Shown: positions 23,520-35,530 of the stretch, piece by piece
Layout of the letters: every line of letters begins with the position of its first letter
Numbering within the stretch: position 1 is the stretch's first letter
NCBI GenBank assembly: GCA_038087875.1
Contig: CM075992.1
Span: 9,612,001 to 9,676,000, forward strand
DNA length: 64,000 bases
Origin: Malacoraja senta
Lineage: Eukaryota
Direction: 5' to 3'
Program-made: the position numbers and the translations under genes
The notes under the pieces: generated by a model
Database searches by the model: none
Told to the model about the DNA's origin: nothing
Seen by the model: the letters and a program-made list of their open reading frames with translations, nothing else

Positions 23520-24374
23520 CTACCTGAAGTGAGAGAAATCAATAATCATACCACTGGGATGTAAGCTGCCCAAAGAAAATATGAGATGCTGTTCCTCCAA
23601 TGTGCGTTTAGCCTCACTCTGACAGTGGAGGAGACCTAGGACAGAATGGTCTGTGTAGGAATGGGAAAGAGAACTAAAGTGTCCGGCAACCGGCAAATCA
23701 GGTTGGTTCACATGGGCTGAGCGAAGGGGTTCCGCAAAACGATGGCCCAGTCTACATTTGGTCTCGCCGATATATAAGAGTCCGCATCTCGAACAACGGA
23801 TACAGTAGATGAGATTGGAGGAGGTGCAAGTGAACCTCTGCCTAACCTGAAAGGACTGTCGGGGTGCCTGGACAGAGTCGATGGAGGAGGTATAGGGACA
23901 GGTGTTGCATCTTCTGCGGTTGCAGGGGAAGGTACCTAGGGATGGGCTGGTCTGGGTGGGAAGGGATGAGTTAACCAGGGAGTTGTGGAGGGAACGGTCT
24001 CTGCAGAAGGTGGAAAGGGGTGGAGATGGGAAAATGTGGCTAGTGGTGGAATCCCATTGGATGTTGCGGAAATTTTGGAGGATTATGTGTTGTATGCAAT
24101 GGCTGATGGGGTGGAAGGTGAGGACAAGGGGGATTCTGTCTCTGTTGCGATTAGGGGGAGGGGGAGCAAGGGCGGAGCTGCGGGGTACCAAGGAGACATG
24201 CGTGAGGGTCTCATCTATGATGGGAGAGGGGAACCCCCGTTCCCTTAATAATGAGGACATTGTGAATGTTCTAGTATGGAACACCTCATCTTGGGCGCAG
24301 ATGCGGCGTAGACGGAGGAATTGGGAGTAGGGGATAGTCTTTGCAGGAAGCAGGGTGGGAAGACGTGTAGTCAA
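23520..24374 (-). pseudogene. Penelope RT thumb/linker + GIY-YIG endonuclease
   Basis: IPYSQFLRLRRIC; CNRRRCNTC; NLIYCIRCSRCGLLYIGET; upstream RT is frameshifted. Confidence 0.9.
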
Positions 24375-25562
24375 GATAGTTGTGGGAGTCAGTGGGTTTG
24401 TAATAGATGTCAGTCAATAGTCTATTTCCTATGATGGGGACTGAGACCAAGAAAGGGGAGAGGGGTATCAGAATGGTCCATGTACATTTGAGTGCAGGAT
24501 GAAAATTGGTGGTGAAGTTGATGAAGTCCATGAGTTCTGCATGGGTGCAGGAGGTAGCACCGGTGCAGTCATCAATGTAGCGGTGTTAGAGTTCGGGGAT
24601 AGGGCCAGTGTACGCCTGGAACAGGGATTGTTCAACGTACCCTACAAAGAGGCAGGCATAGCTGGGGCCCATGTGGATGCCCATCGCTACGCCTTGGACT
24701 TGGAGGAAGTGGGAGGAGTGAAAGGAGAAGTTGTTGAGGGTGAGGACCAGCTCTGCTAGGCGGAGTAGAGTGTTTGTAGAAGGAAATTGGATGCTTCTGC
24801 GGTCGAGGAAGAAACGGAGGGCTTTAAGGCCTTCCTGGTGGGGGATGGAGGCGTAGAATGACTGAATGTCTATAGTAAAGATGAGGGGGTGGGAGCTCGG
24901 AAAGCAGAAGTCATTAAAGAGACAAAGGGCATGTGAGGTATCTTGGACATGGGTCGGGAGATTGGGTCTGGAGAGATCGGGAGAGATTAGGGGGGATAGG
25001 ATGGAATCGAGGTACGTGGGTTGTTTCCTTTGTTATCGTTACTTTTTGCATTACTTTCATTCATTGTTCTTTATCTCTCTACATCATCATCTATATCTCT
25101 TGTTTCCCTTATTCCTAACAAGTCTGAAGAAAGGTCTTGACCCGAAACGTCACCCATTCCTTCTCTCCAGGGATGTTGTCTGTCCCGCTGAGTTACTCCA
25201 GCTTTTTTGAGCCTATCTTTGGATTAAAGCAGCATCTGCAGTTCCTTCCTACACATCCTAATTATGACATTGACTGAAAAGGATTGAGATGGGCAGTCAT
25301 AGAGTCAAAGAGCTCTACAGCATGGAAACAGGCCCTTCAGCCCACATTGTCTATGTCAGCCAAGTTACCAATACTGGGCTTGAGCCATTTGCCATAATTT
25401 AGCCTACAGCCCTCCTATGCACAGAGAACATAGAACATAGAACAATCCTGTGTCTGAGTTGTAATGTTAACAAGATCAGGATCCCATTCCCAGTACAGTC
25501 TACCAGTTGAGTTCAAGCGACAGGCAAGGATGTCTAATAACCAGCACGGACACAAAATGCTG

Positions 25563-25895
25563 GCGGCCATGGTGGTGCAGCGTTAAAGTTCCTGCCTTAC
25601 AGTGCTTGCAGCGCCGGAGATCCGGGTTCGATCCCGACTACGGCTGCTGTCTGTACGGAGTTTGTACCTTCTCCCCGTGACCCGCGTGGGTTTTCTCCGA
25701 GATCTTCGGTTTCCTCCCACACTCCAAAGATGTACAGGTTTGTAGGTTTATTGGCTTGGTATAAATGTAAATTGCCCCTAGTGTGTGTAGGATAGTGTTA
25801 ATGTGCGGGGGTCGCTGGTCGGTGGGGACTCGGTGGGCCGAAGGGCCTGTTTCCGCGCTGAATCTCTAAACTAAACTAAACTGAACTAAACCAAA
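25563..25895 (+). mobile_element. HE1-type V-SINE
   Basis: Full head, V-domain and (taaac)n tail. Confidence 0.88.
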
Positions 25896-26876
25896 CAGCG
25901 GGTCAGCCAGCATCTCTGAAGAAAAGGAATAGGTGACCTTTTGGGTCAAGTCCCTTCTTCAGACTGAGAGTCATGGAATGGGAAACAAGAGATATAGATG
26001 GTGCTTAGGAGAAATGAATGGAAGATATGCAAAAAGCAACCATCATGTGGAGCTCACAATGGTCCATTGTTGGCTGTGGGATAGATGTTACACAGACTGT
26101 GGAACTCAACAGGACAACAGTATAAGTAGTATGAAATCTAGGGAGGGGGAGATGGATGGAGAGAGAGGGGGGATGCAAGGGTTACTTGAAGTTAGAGAAA
26201 TCAATATTCATATTGAAGAGAGACAAAATGCTGGAGTAACTCAATGGGGCAGGCCGCATTTCTGGAGACAAAGGAATGAGTGACGTATATTCAACTGCTG
26301 AGGTGTAAGATGCCCAAGCGAAATATGAGGTGTTGCTCCTCCAATTTACGCTGGGCCTCACTCTGACAATGGGAGGGGGGGGGAGGGGGGGGGGGGGGGG
26401 GGCCCAGGACAGAAAGGTCAGTGTGGGAATGGGAGGGGGAGTTAAAGTGTTTGGCAACTGGGAGATCATGTCGGACTCTAGGCGGGCTGAGCAGAGGTGT
26501 TACCTATGGACCTGTTCTGACTATCGGGCCACTGAAGTTAAGTGAAGCCCTGAGGGCAGGAAGGGGTTAACGTGGGTCAGGAATGAAGCGCTTTGCTTTG
26601 CTCGCTCCTCGAAGCCTCAGCCCAATCACAAACATGGCAGCATTTTTTAATGGCTCAGAGCAGACGCCTACACACAAGGAATCTATTCCCCATGTAATTT
26701 AAAAAAACCCCATAATAATAGAAGGAAGCTTTGGGCATCCGCTGGTCACTCATGTTCTGAGGACCATGTTCAGGAAGGTATTAGTCAGCTGATTCACACA
26801 CTTCACACAAAGAATCAGAGCATTATTTTCCCATTGCTTCCTCTCCCAATTACTGGAATTCACTGGCAAGGGTCTT

Positions 26877-27531
26877 TAGTTTAGTTTAGTTTAGTTTAGT
26901 TTAGAGATACAGCACGGAAACAGACGCTTCGGCCAAGAACCAGGGGCCTCAGTTTAAGAATAAGGAGTAAGCCATTTAGAACGGAGACGAGAAAACACTT
27001 TTTCTCACAGAGAGTGGTGAGTCTGTGGAATTCTCTGCCTCAGAGGGCGGTGGAGGCAGGTTCTCTGGATACTTTCAAGAGAGAGCTAGATAGGGCTCTT
27101 AAAAATAGAGGAGTCATGGGGATATGGGGATATGGGGAGAAGGCAGGAACGGGGTACTGATTGGAGATGATCAGCCATGATCACATTGAATGGCGGTGCT
27201 GGCTCAAAGGTCCAAATGGCCTACTCCTGCACCTATTGTCTATTGTCTATTGTCTATTGGCCCACCGAGTCTGCTCCAACCAGCGATCCCCGCACATTAA
27301 CACTATCCTACGCACACTAGGGACAATTTATATTTACACCAAGCTAATTAACCTACAAACCTGCACGTCTTTGGAGTGTGGGAGGAAACTGAAGATCTTG
27401 GAAAAAAACCACTTGGTCACGGGGAGAACGTACAAACTCCATATAGGCAGCACCTGTAGTTGGGATTGAACCCGGGTCTCTGGCACCGCAAGCGCTGAAA
27501 GGCAGCGACTCTACCGCTGCACCACCATGCC
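26877..27531 (-). mobile_element. HE1 SINE split by a plus-strand CR1 3' fragment (about 26934-27258)
   Basis: SINE sequence ttcggcc|...|ggcccaccgag with ggcc duplicated; the CR1 piece ends in (tattgtc)n. Confidence 0.82.
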
Positions 27532-27807
27532 ACTTATGTTGGTCTCAAGGTGGCGCAGCAGAGTTGGGAACAAAATAGTATCATTGTTATTTTTTTCATA
27601 TCGTTCATTCATCTGTTCTGTATCTCTCTCTATCACCATCTACACCTCTCATTTCCCTTTTCTCTAACTCTCAGTCTGAAGAAGGGGACCCGGAATGACC
27701 CGAAATTGGTGACATTTCACGACCCGAAATGTCACCAATTCCTTTGCTCCAGAGATGCTGTTTGACCCACTGAGTTACTCCAGCTTTTTGTGTCTATCTT
27801 CGGTTTA

Positions 27808-28007
27808 NNNNNNNNNNNNNNNNNNNNNNNNNNNNNNNNNNNNNNNNNNNNNNNNNNNNNNNNNNNNNNNNNNNNNNNNNNNNNNNNNNNNNNNNNNNNN
27901 NNNNNNNNNNNNNNNNNNNNNNNNNNNNNNNNNNNNNNNNNNNNNNNNNNNNNNNNNNNNNNNNNNNNNNNNNNNNNNNNNNNNNNNNNNNNNNNNNNNN
28001 NNNNNNN
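27808..28007. other. Assembly gap (200 N)
   Basis: Run of N. Confidence 1.
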
Positions 28008-28164
28008 ATCCCAAAGAAATGCAAGTTGGTAGATTAATTTGCCTCTGTAAATTCCCCCCAGGGTGAGGGTAGAGGTAGATTCTGATGACCATTGTGGTGA
28101 AGCACATGTGGGCCGGTATGGGCAAGTTGGGCCGAAGGGCCTGTTTCCACGCAGTATCACTCTA

Positions 28165-28700
28165 CCGTCTCAACTCTAGGATGTACAGGCCCACTGCCAT
28201 CAAACGCTCGTCATATGTTAACCCAATCGTTCCTGGGATCATTCTAGTAAACCTCCTCTGGACCCTCTCCAGTGCCAGTATATCCTTTCTCAGATACGGT
28301 GCCCAAAATTGCCCGCAATGTGGTCTGACCAGTGCCTTATAGAGCCTCAGCATTACATCCCTGTATAAAGAAACATAGAAAATAGGTACAGGAGTAGGCC
28401 ATTCGGCCCTTCAACTCAGCACCGCCATTCAATATGATCATGGCTGATCATCCAAAATCAGTACCCCGTTCCTGCTTTTTCCCCTTATCCATTGATTCCG
28501 TTAAATCTAACTCTCTCTTGAAAACATCCAGTGAATTGGCCTCCACTGCCTTCCGTGGCAAAGAATTCCACAGATTCACAACATTCTGGGTGAAGTCCTT
28601 CATATTTTTATATTCACGTCCTCTGGAAATAAATGCTAGCATTCCGTTTGCCTACCTAACTACCGATTCAACTTGCAGATTAACGTTTTGGGAATCCTGA
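28165..28700 (-). mobile_element. Cluster of CR1 fragments
   Basis: LYKALVRPH...LERVQRRFTRMIPG and VVNLWNSLP..VEA. Confidence 0.8.
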
Positions 28701-29206
28701 GCTGTCTCTGGACAGAGCCGAGTGAGTTTATAAGTGACAACAGCCGCTGAAAGGGAGAGCCACTAACTTTGGAAAAGACTAATCAGAAGATGGCCAAGAA
28801 CTATTAAGACCAGGAAAGAGTTTTCAATTGTTTGTCACAGACTGTTCCAATAAAAGTCAGTCATTTGGATGCTTGGAGCGCCGGGTCCCAGGATGCACCT
28901 GGTGGGGCATGGCAGCCATCTTGCAGCTGCTTCCTGTCCACTTCCTGTTCAGTGATGGGCTCGCGGCTCGGCGGTCCCTGGCCGCGCATGTCCTCCCAAA
29001 CAGGATGCCCCAGCTCCCCAGGTGTGAAGCGGGCAGATAGATGGGGGAATCCTTCACAGCCTCAGCCCGTCCAAAGCTGCAAGCTGAGAACGGGACGGTG
29101 GGGGAAGAACAGATTAGCATTTAACCCCCGGGACCTTCCTTCCAGCCCGGAGTGGAAGGAATCGAGGAGCAATAAATGGCTCTGGTATTTAACCCTTTCA
29201 CTACTG

Positions 29207-29793
29207 GGCAGCATGGTGGCGCAGCGGTAGAGTTGCTGCCTTACAGCGCCAGGACTTCCAAGATGGCGTCCAAAGCAGGTGGCTCTTTGCGTGTGGGTCA
29301 CAGTAGCAGATGTACAATCACACATTACAATCGCTCATACTTTTAAATCTCTGCAACATATATCAGACTTCACTGGATTTACCTTGCACTAAACGTTATT
29401 CCCCTCTCATGTATCTATACACAGTAGAAATGGCTCGATTGTAATCACGTATTGTCTTTCTGCTGACTGGTTAGCACGCAACAAAAGCTTTTCACCGTAC
29501 CTCAGTACACGTGACAATAAACTGAACTCAAACTGAAACTGAAAATGAAACAGAGTCCCGGGTCTGCACGGAGTTTGTACGTTTTCCCTGTGGCCTTGTG
29601 AGTTTTCTCCAGGTGCTCCGGTTTCCTCCCACATTCCAAAGACGTACAGGTCTGTCGGCTAATTGGCTTTGGTAAAGATTGCAAACTGTCCCCAGTGTGT
29701 GTATGGTAGTGCATGGGGATCGCTAATCGGAGCGGACTCGGTGGGCTGAAGGGCCTGTTTCTGCACTGTATCTCTGAACTAAATTAAACTAAA
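29207..29793 (+). mobile_element. HE1 SINE interrupted by a Rex-tailed repeat (about 29252-29550)
   Basis: SINE head ends at ttacagcgccag and the V-domain resumes at gtctgcacggagtttgtac; the insert ends gtacacgtgacaataaactg. Confidence 0.7.
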
Positions 29794-30559
29794 CAGGTCA
29801 ACATTTAACCCTGGCTCCTCCCTTCCGGGCAGGGGTGGAGGGCATTGCAGAGCATTGAATGTCTCTGCATCTTTAACCCTAGCACTACCGAGTATAAGCA
29901 TCAAGAAGTCACCATGCAGCTTTAGAGGGCTTTAGTTCAGTCACATTTGCAGTATTGCCGGCAGTTCTGGTCTCCACATTACAGGAAGGATGAGGAGGCT
30001 TTGGAAAAGGTGTAGCGGAGGTTTACCAGAATGATGCCTGGATTAGAGGGTTTCAGATACACACAGAGATATTGGATAGGTTTGGGTCGTTTTCTCTGTA
30101 AGGGCATATTAGCTACAGGGATAAGTTGGACAGACTTGACATAAAAGGCCAAAGTAACTCTGCGGGTCAGGCATCATCTCTGGAGAAAATGGATCGGTGA
30201 CGTCCCGGGTCAGGACCCTTCTTCAGACTGGAGTAGGTCTGAAGAACGTTTACTGACATGAAACGTCACATGTCCATGTTCTCCAGACATGCTGCCTGAC
30301 CCACTGACTAATTTCAGCAGTGTATATCTATCTTTAGGCAGACTTGAATTGTTTTCTCTGGAACACCAGAGGTTGTGGGGAGACATGGTAGCAGTATATA
30401 CAATTATGAGAGGCGTAGATAGGGTAGACATTCACAACCTTTTTCCCGTTCCTGCCTTCTCCCCATATCCCCTGACTCTGCTATTTTTAAGAGCCCTATC
30501 TAGCTCTCTCTTGAAAGCATCCAGAGAACTGGCCTCCACCGTCCTCCGAGCCTTTTGAG

Positions 30560-31565
30560 GATGTAGCGACGTTGGTGTGCTTCCTTGACCATTGCTTCGA
30601 CGTGGCTGGTCCAGGACAAGTTGCTGGTGTTATTTTCAGTACAGCCCGTGTTTGCTTACTGCTTCGTTCCAGGAGTCAATCACTATCTCCTTTGCCTTGC
30701 GTTTAGTGAGGGAGAGGTTGTTGCATTGACACCAAGTTATGTGGTTCTCAATCTCCTAGCAGTACTCTGTCTCATCATTATTTGATATCCGGTCCACTAC
30801 CATAGTGTCGACTGCGAACTTAGAAACATAGAACATAGAAAATAGGTGCAGGAGTAGGCCATTCGCCCCTTCGAGCCAGCATCGCCATTCAATATGATCA
30901 TGGTTGATCATCTAAAATCAGTACCCCGTTCCTGCTTTCTCCCCATATCCCTTGATTCCTTTAGCCCTAAGAGCTAAATCAAATTCTCTTTTGAAAACAT
31001 CCAGTGAATTGGCCTCCACTGCCTTCTATGGCAGAGAATTCCACAGATTCACAACTCTCTGGGTGAAAACGTTTTTCCTCATCTCAGTCCTACATGGACT
31101 ACCCCTTATTCTTAAACTGTGACCCTTGGTTCTTGACTCCCCCAAAACGGGGAACATTTTCCTGCATCGAGCATGTCCAATCCCTTAAGAATTGTATATG
31201 TTTCTATAAGATACCCTCTCACCCTTCTAAATTCCAGTGAATACATGCCCAGCCAACCCATTCTTTCATCAACTTGGAGATTGAGTTGGATTTGTGCATG
31301 GTTGCACAATCGTGGGTGTATAAGGAGAGAAGGGGGATGAAAGCACATCCTTGTGGAGCACCAGGGTTGAGAATCAACGTAGATTTGTCCCCTATCCCCA
31401 CTGATTGTGGTCCATTGGTCAGGAAGTCGAGGATCCAGTTGCAGAGTGGAGTCTGACTCCAAGTTCAAGGAGAATGATGGGCTTGGATGGGATAACGATA
31501 CTGAAAGCAGAGGTGTCGTCTATGAATAGGAGTCTGACGTAGAGTAGGTGTCCTTCTTATCCAGG
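30560..31565 (-). mobile_element. Rex1/Babar RT fragment interrupted by CR1 (about 30822-31272)
   Basis: [23 protein letters not shown] on one side and aagttcgcagtcgacactatggtagtg (KFA.DTMVV) on the other; the CR1 has a ctatgttt tail. Confidence 0.75.
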
Positions 31566-33005
31566 TCTGTAATATCCAGGACTGTAATATCCCTCTGCTC
31601 ATCAATGATGTCAAAGGTCTTGACATTAACTGTATATTCTCACATTCAACCTCCCAAAGTGCAACCCCTCACACTTGCCTGGGTTTAACTCCATCTGCCA
31701 TTTCTCTGCCCATTTCTGCAGCTGATCTCTATCCTGATGTATGTTTTGACAGCATTCCACACTGTCAGCAACTCTTTCAGTTTTGGTGTCATCAGCAACC
31801 TTACTTACCAATCCATCTACATTTACATCTAGGCCATTTATATATATCGGAAACAGCAGAGGTCCCAACACAGATCTCCGCAGAATCCCACTGGTCACAG
31901 ACCTCCAGCCAGAATTTCTACCTTCCACCACAACCCTCTGTCTTCTATGAATAAGCCAGTTCTCAATCTTGACGACCAAGTCATAGTGAATCCCGTGCTT
32001 CTTCATCATTCCTTGTATGTATATATACTTGGCTAATAAAATGTATTTAATTCAATTCAATTCAATTCTGGATCAGCCTACCATGAGGTACCTTGTCAAA
32101 AGCCATACCAAAATCCATGCGTACAGCATACCTGCCCTTCCTTCCTCAACCTCCTTTGTTACCTCCTCAAATAGCACAATCAGTAAGACACGACCTGCCG
32201 CGTACAATTGGCTGTCCCCAATTAGCTACACATTCTCTTCCAAATGCGAGTAATTCCTATCTTAAAGAATTCTCTCCAATAGTCCCCCTACTAATGACAG
32301 GCTCACTGGCCTTGGATTCTCTCTACTTCCCTTCTTAAACAAAGGAACAACATTGGCCACTCTCCAGTCCTCTGGGACCTCGCCTGTGGAAAGAGAATAA
32401 AGAAAGATCCTGGTCAAGGCCCCTGCGATCTCCTGTGTTGCCTCCCTCCATAACCTGGGATAAATCTCATCAGATCCTGGGGACTGATCCACCGTGATGC
32501 TGTTCAGGAATCTCAGCACCACCTTCTTCTCAATCTCAACCTGCCCGAGCACACTTGTATTCTCCACATTCTCTCACTGTCCTCCAAGTCCTTCTCCTTG
32601 GTGAATACAGATGCAACGTACTTGTTTACCACCTCTCCTACATGCTCTGGCTCCAAGCAATATTCCCTCTTTTATCCTGCAGCAGTCCCACCTTCTCCCT
32701 GATCATCTTCCTACTTTTAATGTACATATAAAAAGCCTTGGGATTTTTCTTAATCTGACTCGCCAATAACATTTCATGGACGCATTTGGCCCTTCCAATC
32801 ACCCGCTTGAGTTGTTTCCTACTTGCTTCATATTCCTTCCTTATAAGCCCCGTCTGAACCCACCTTAATCCTGACATATACTTCCTGTTTCTTCCTGACT
32901 AAGTTTACAACCCCCTTGGCTTTATCTTGCCGACCTTATCCCTCCATCTTACTGGAACATGCTGATCCTGCACATTGATCAGCTGGACTTTACACGACCC
33001 ACATG
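31566..33005 (-). mobile_element. CR1 ORF2 internal fragment (decayed)
   Basis: IKKNPKAFYMYI; SPGSDEIYPR...VPEDWRVANVVPLFKKG; WRSVTSG...KVADDTK. Confidence 0.88.
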
Positions 33006-33368
33006 TCATTACTAGCCTTACCAGCTTCAAAGCCGTCTTGTTGAGTCTCATTGTCTGTAACCCGTTTTCACCTAGCCCACTGCTAACAATGCCCTGTTTC
33101 CTTTATCATCATTACTTTTTTGCATATCTTCTATTCATTTGTTCTATATCTCTCTACATTACCATCTATATCTCTGGTTTCCCTTTCCCCTGACTCTCTC
33201 GAGTCTCGACCCGAAAAGCCAACAATTCCTTTTCTCCAGAGATGCTGCCTGACCCGCTGAGTTACCCCAGCATTTTTTGTCTATCTTCAGTGTAGACCAG
33301 CATCTGCAATTCCTTCCTACACACTCGTCTCACATGTGGATATACCTAATAAATAACTTTAATTATTT

Positions 33369-33886
33369 TTAGTTCATAGGTACAGCGTGAAAACAGGCCC
33401 TTCGGTCCACCGAGTCCGTGCCGACCAGCGATCCCCGCACACTAAAGGGCCTGTCCCACTTGGCGATTTTTTCGGCGACTGCCGGCGTCATATCAGTGTC
33501 GCCAAAAGTTTTTGAACATTTCAAAATCCAGCGGTGACAAAAATAATGTTGCGACGCTTGAAAAAACACCGCGCGTCAAACATCATCACGCCACGTCACG
33601 ACGCATCACTCCGCAAATTTTTCGGTGACCTGATACGTCAGTCAAAGATGCCGGCACTCGTGGGACAGGCCCTTAACATTATCCAACACATACTAGGGAC
33701 ACTTTACAATTCTACCAAGCTAATTAGCCTACGAACCTGTACGTCTTTGGAGTGTGGGAAGTAACCGGAGATCCCGGATGGTCACGGGGAGAACGTAAAA
33801 CGTTGTACTGACAATACACTTATGCAGGATGCAACCCGGGTCTCTGGCGCTGTAAGGCAGCAACTCGACCTCTGCACCACCGTGCC
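33369..33886 (-). mobile_element. HE1 SINE containing a Harbinger MITE
   Basis: SINE cgcacac|TAA...TAA|cattatcc. Confidence 0.82.
33446..33673. mobile_element. PIF/Harbinger MITE (about 228 bp), TAA TSD
   Basis: agggcctgtcccac ... gtgggacaggccct flanked by taa. Confidence 0.85.
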
Positions 33887-34225
33887 AACCTGATCTTAGT
33901 TGTGCGTGTGGAGTTACACCGTCGGGCGATGGACTAGAGGAATTGTTGTATAATGCTGCCCTCTTGTGTCGGAACATCAAACTGTGTTGGATGATCAGCC
34001 ATGATCGTATTGAATGGCGGTGCAGGCTCGAAGGGCCGAATGGCCTACTCCTGCACCTAATTTCTATGTATCTATGTATCTATGTGTTGAAAACCATACA
34101 CTTCCACTAGATATCTGACAGCAGGCATGGTCTGTGCTGCAGCCAGTTACCTGACAGTGCACTGCTCCACACTACCCTTACCACATGTACAGCAACATCC
34201 AGACACAGGGACTCACGTCGTCAAG

Positions 34226-35040
34226 ATAAATGTGAGGTTATCCACTTTGGTGGCAAAAACGGGAAGGCAGACTATTATCTAAATGGTGGCCGATTAGGAA
34301 ATGGGGAGATGCAGCGAGACCTGGGTGTCATGGTACACCAGTCATTGAAAGTAGGCATGCAGGTGCAGCAGGCAGTGAAGAAAGCGAATGGTATGTTGGC
34401 CTTCATAGCAAGAGGATTTGAGTATAGGAGCAGGGAGGTTCTGCTGCAGTTGTACAGGGTCTTGGTGAGACCACACCTGGACTATTGCGTACAGTTTTGG
34501 TCTCCAAATCTGAGGAAGGACATTATAGCCATGGAGGGAGTGCAGAGAAGGTTCACCAGACTGATTCCTGGGATGTCAGGACTTTCATATGAAGAAAGAC
34601 TGGATAGACTTGGCTTATACTCGCTAGAATTTGGGAGATTGAGAGGGGATCTTATAGAAACGTACAAAATTCTTATGGGGTTGGACAGACTAGATGCAGG
34701 AAGATTGTTCCCGATGTTGGGGAAGTCCAGGACAAGGGGTCACAGCTTAAGGATAAGGGGGAAATCCTTTAAGACCGAGATGAGGAAAAACTTTTTCACA
34801 CAGAGAGTGGTGAATCTCTGGAACTCTCTGCCACAGAGGGTAGTTGAGGCCAGTTCATTGGCTATATTTAAGAGGGAGTTAGATGTGGGCCTTGTGGCTA
34901 AAGGGATCAGGGGGTATGGAGAGAAGGCAGGTACGGGATACTGAGTTGGATGATCAGCCATGATCATATTGAATGGCGGTGCAGGCTTGAAGGGCCGAAT
35001 GGCCTACTCCTGCACCTATTTTCTATGTATCTATGTATCT
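34226..35040 (+). mobile_element. Young 5'-truncated CR1 LINE
   Basis: Uninterrupted 211-aa ORF2 C-terminus (34309..34944), 3' UTR and tatctatg tail; near-identical to 60604-61324 and 48894-49386. Confidence 0.95.
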
Positions 35041-35214
35041 AAGAGCAACCTGACAGCGGGGACACCAAGAGAGCAGGGGGACCCGCGCTGCCGAGAGCGA
35101 GGGGGGCTGTCTGATAGTGGGGAGGGCCATCGGAGAGCAAGGGGCGGCTGTCGGAGAGCGAGGGAGGGCTGTCGGAGAGCGAAGGGGGGACTTCGGAGAA
35201 TGAGGGGGACCGTC

Positions 35215-35530
35215 GACTGCATTTCACTCCCACCATCCTCATCATTAAAAACCCTGAGCATAGGGGAGTGGGTAGGGGGGGCTGAAGATGTCCTGGTTGG
35301 GTTGCTCCTGGGTCTGGCCAAGCTGGCCATCTGCGAGTCACGGCGCCAGGCGGAAGAGGGCTCTGCCCGAGCTGGCTGCCTGCCCCTTTTCCGGGGTTAC
35401 CTCCGTGCCCGGGTGGTGTTAGAGAGGAACTACGCGCTGTCCACGGGCGCCCTGGGGGATTTCCGGGACCGCTGGGCACCGCAGGGGGTTCAATGCATCC
35501 CTGACAAGGATGGTGATATAGTTGTTTAAT
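35215..35530 (+). mobile_element. Tx1-type (L1 clade) LINE ORF2 C-terminal fragment
   Basis: LLLGLAKLAI.ESR...CLPLFRGYLRARV.LE...FRDRW. Confidence 0.65.

Larger units (their letters stand above)
23083..25255 (-). mobile_element. Penelope-like element, 5'-truncated, with inverted pLTR segments on both sides
   Basis: RT motifs GVAMGIHMGPSYACLFVG and RYIDDC (about 24560-24695); GIY-YIG ORF; 23083-23205 inverts 23437-23556; 25018-25255 inverts 23206-23435. Confidence 0.92.

Noticed and set aside
34309..34944. Functional host CDS
   Set aside because: A 5'-truncated CR1 ORF2 tail lacking the endonuclease and the RT core.
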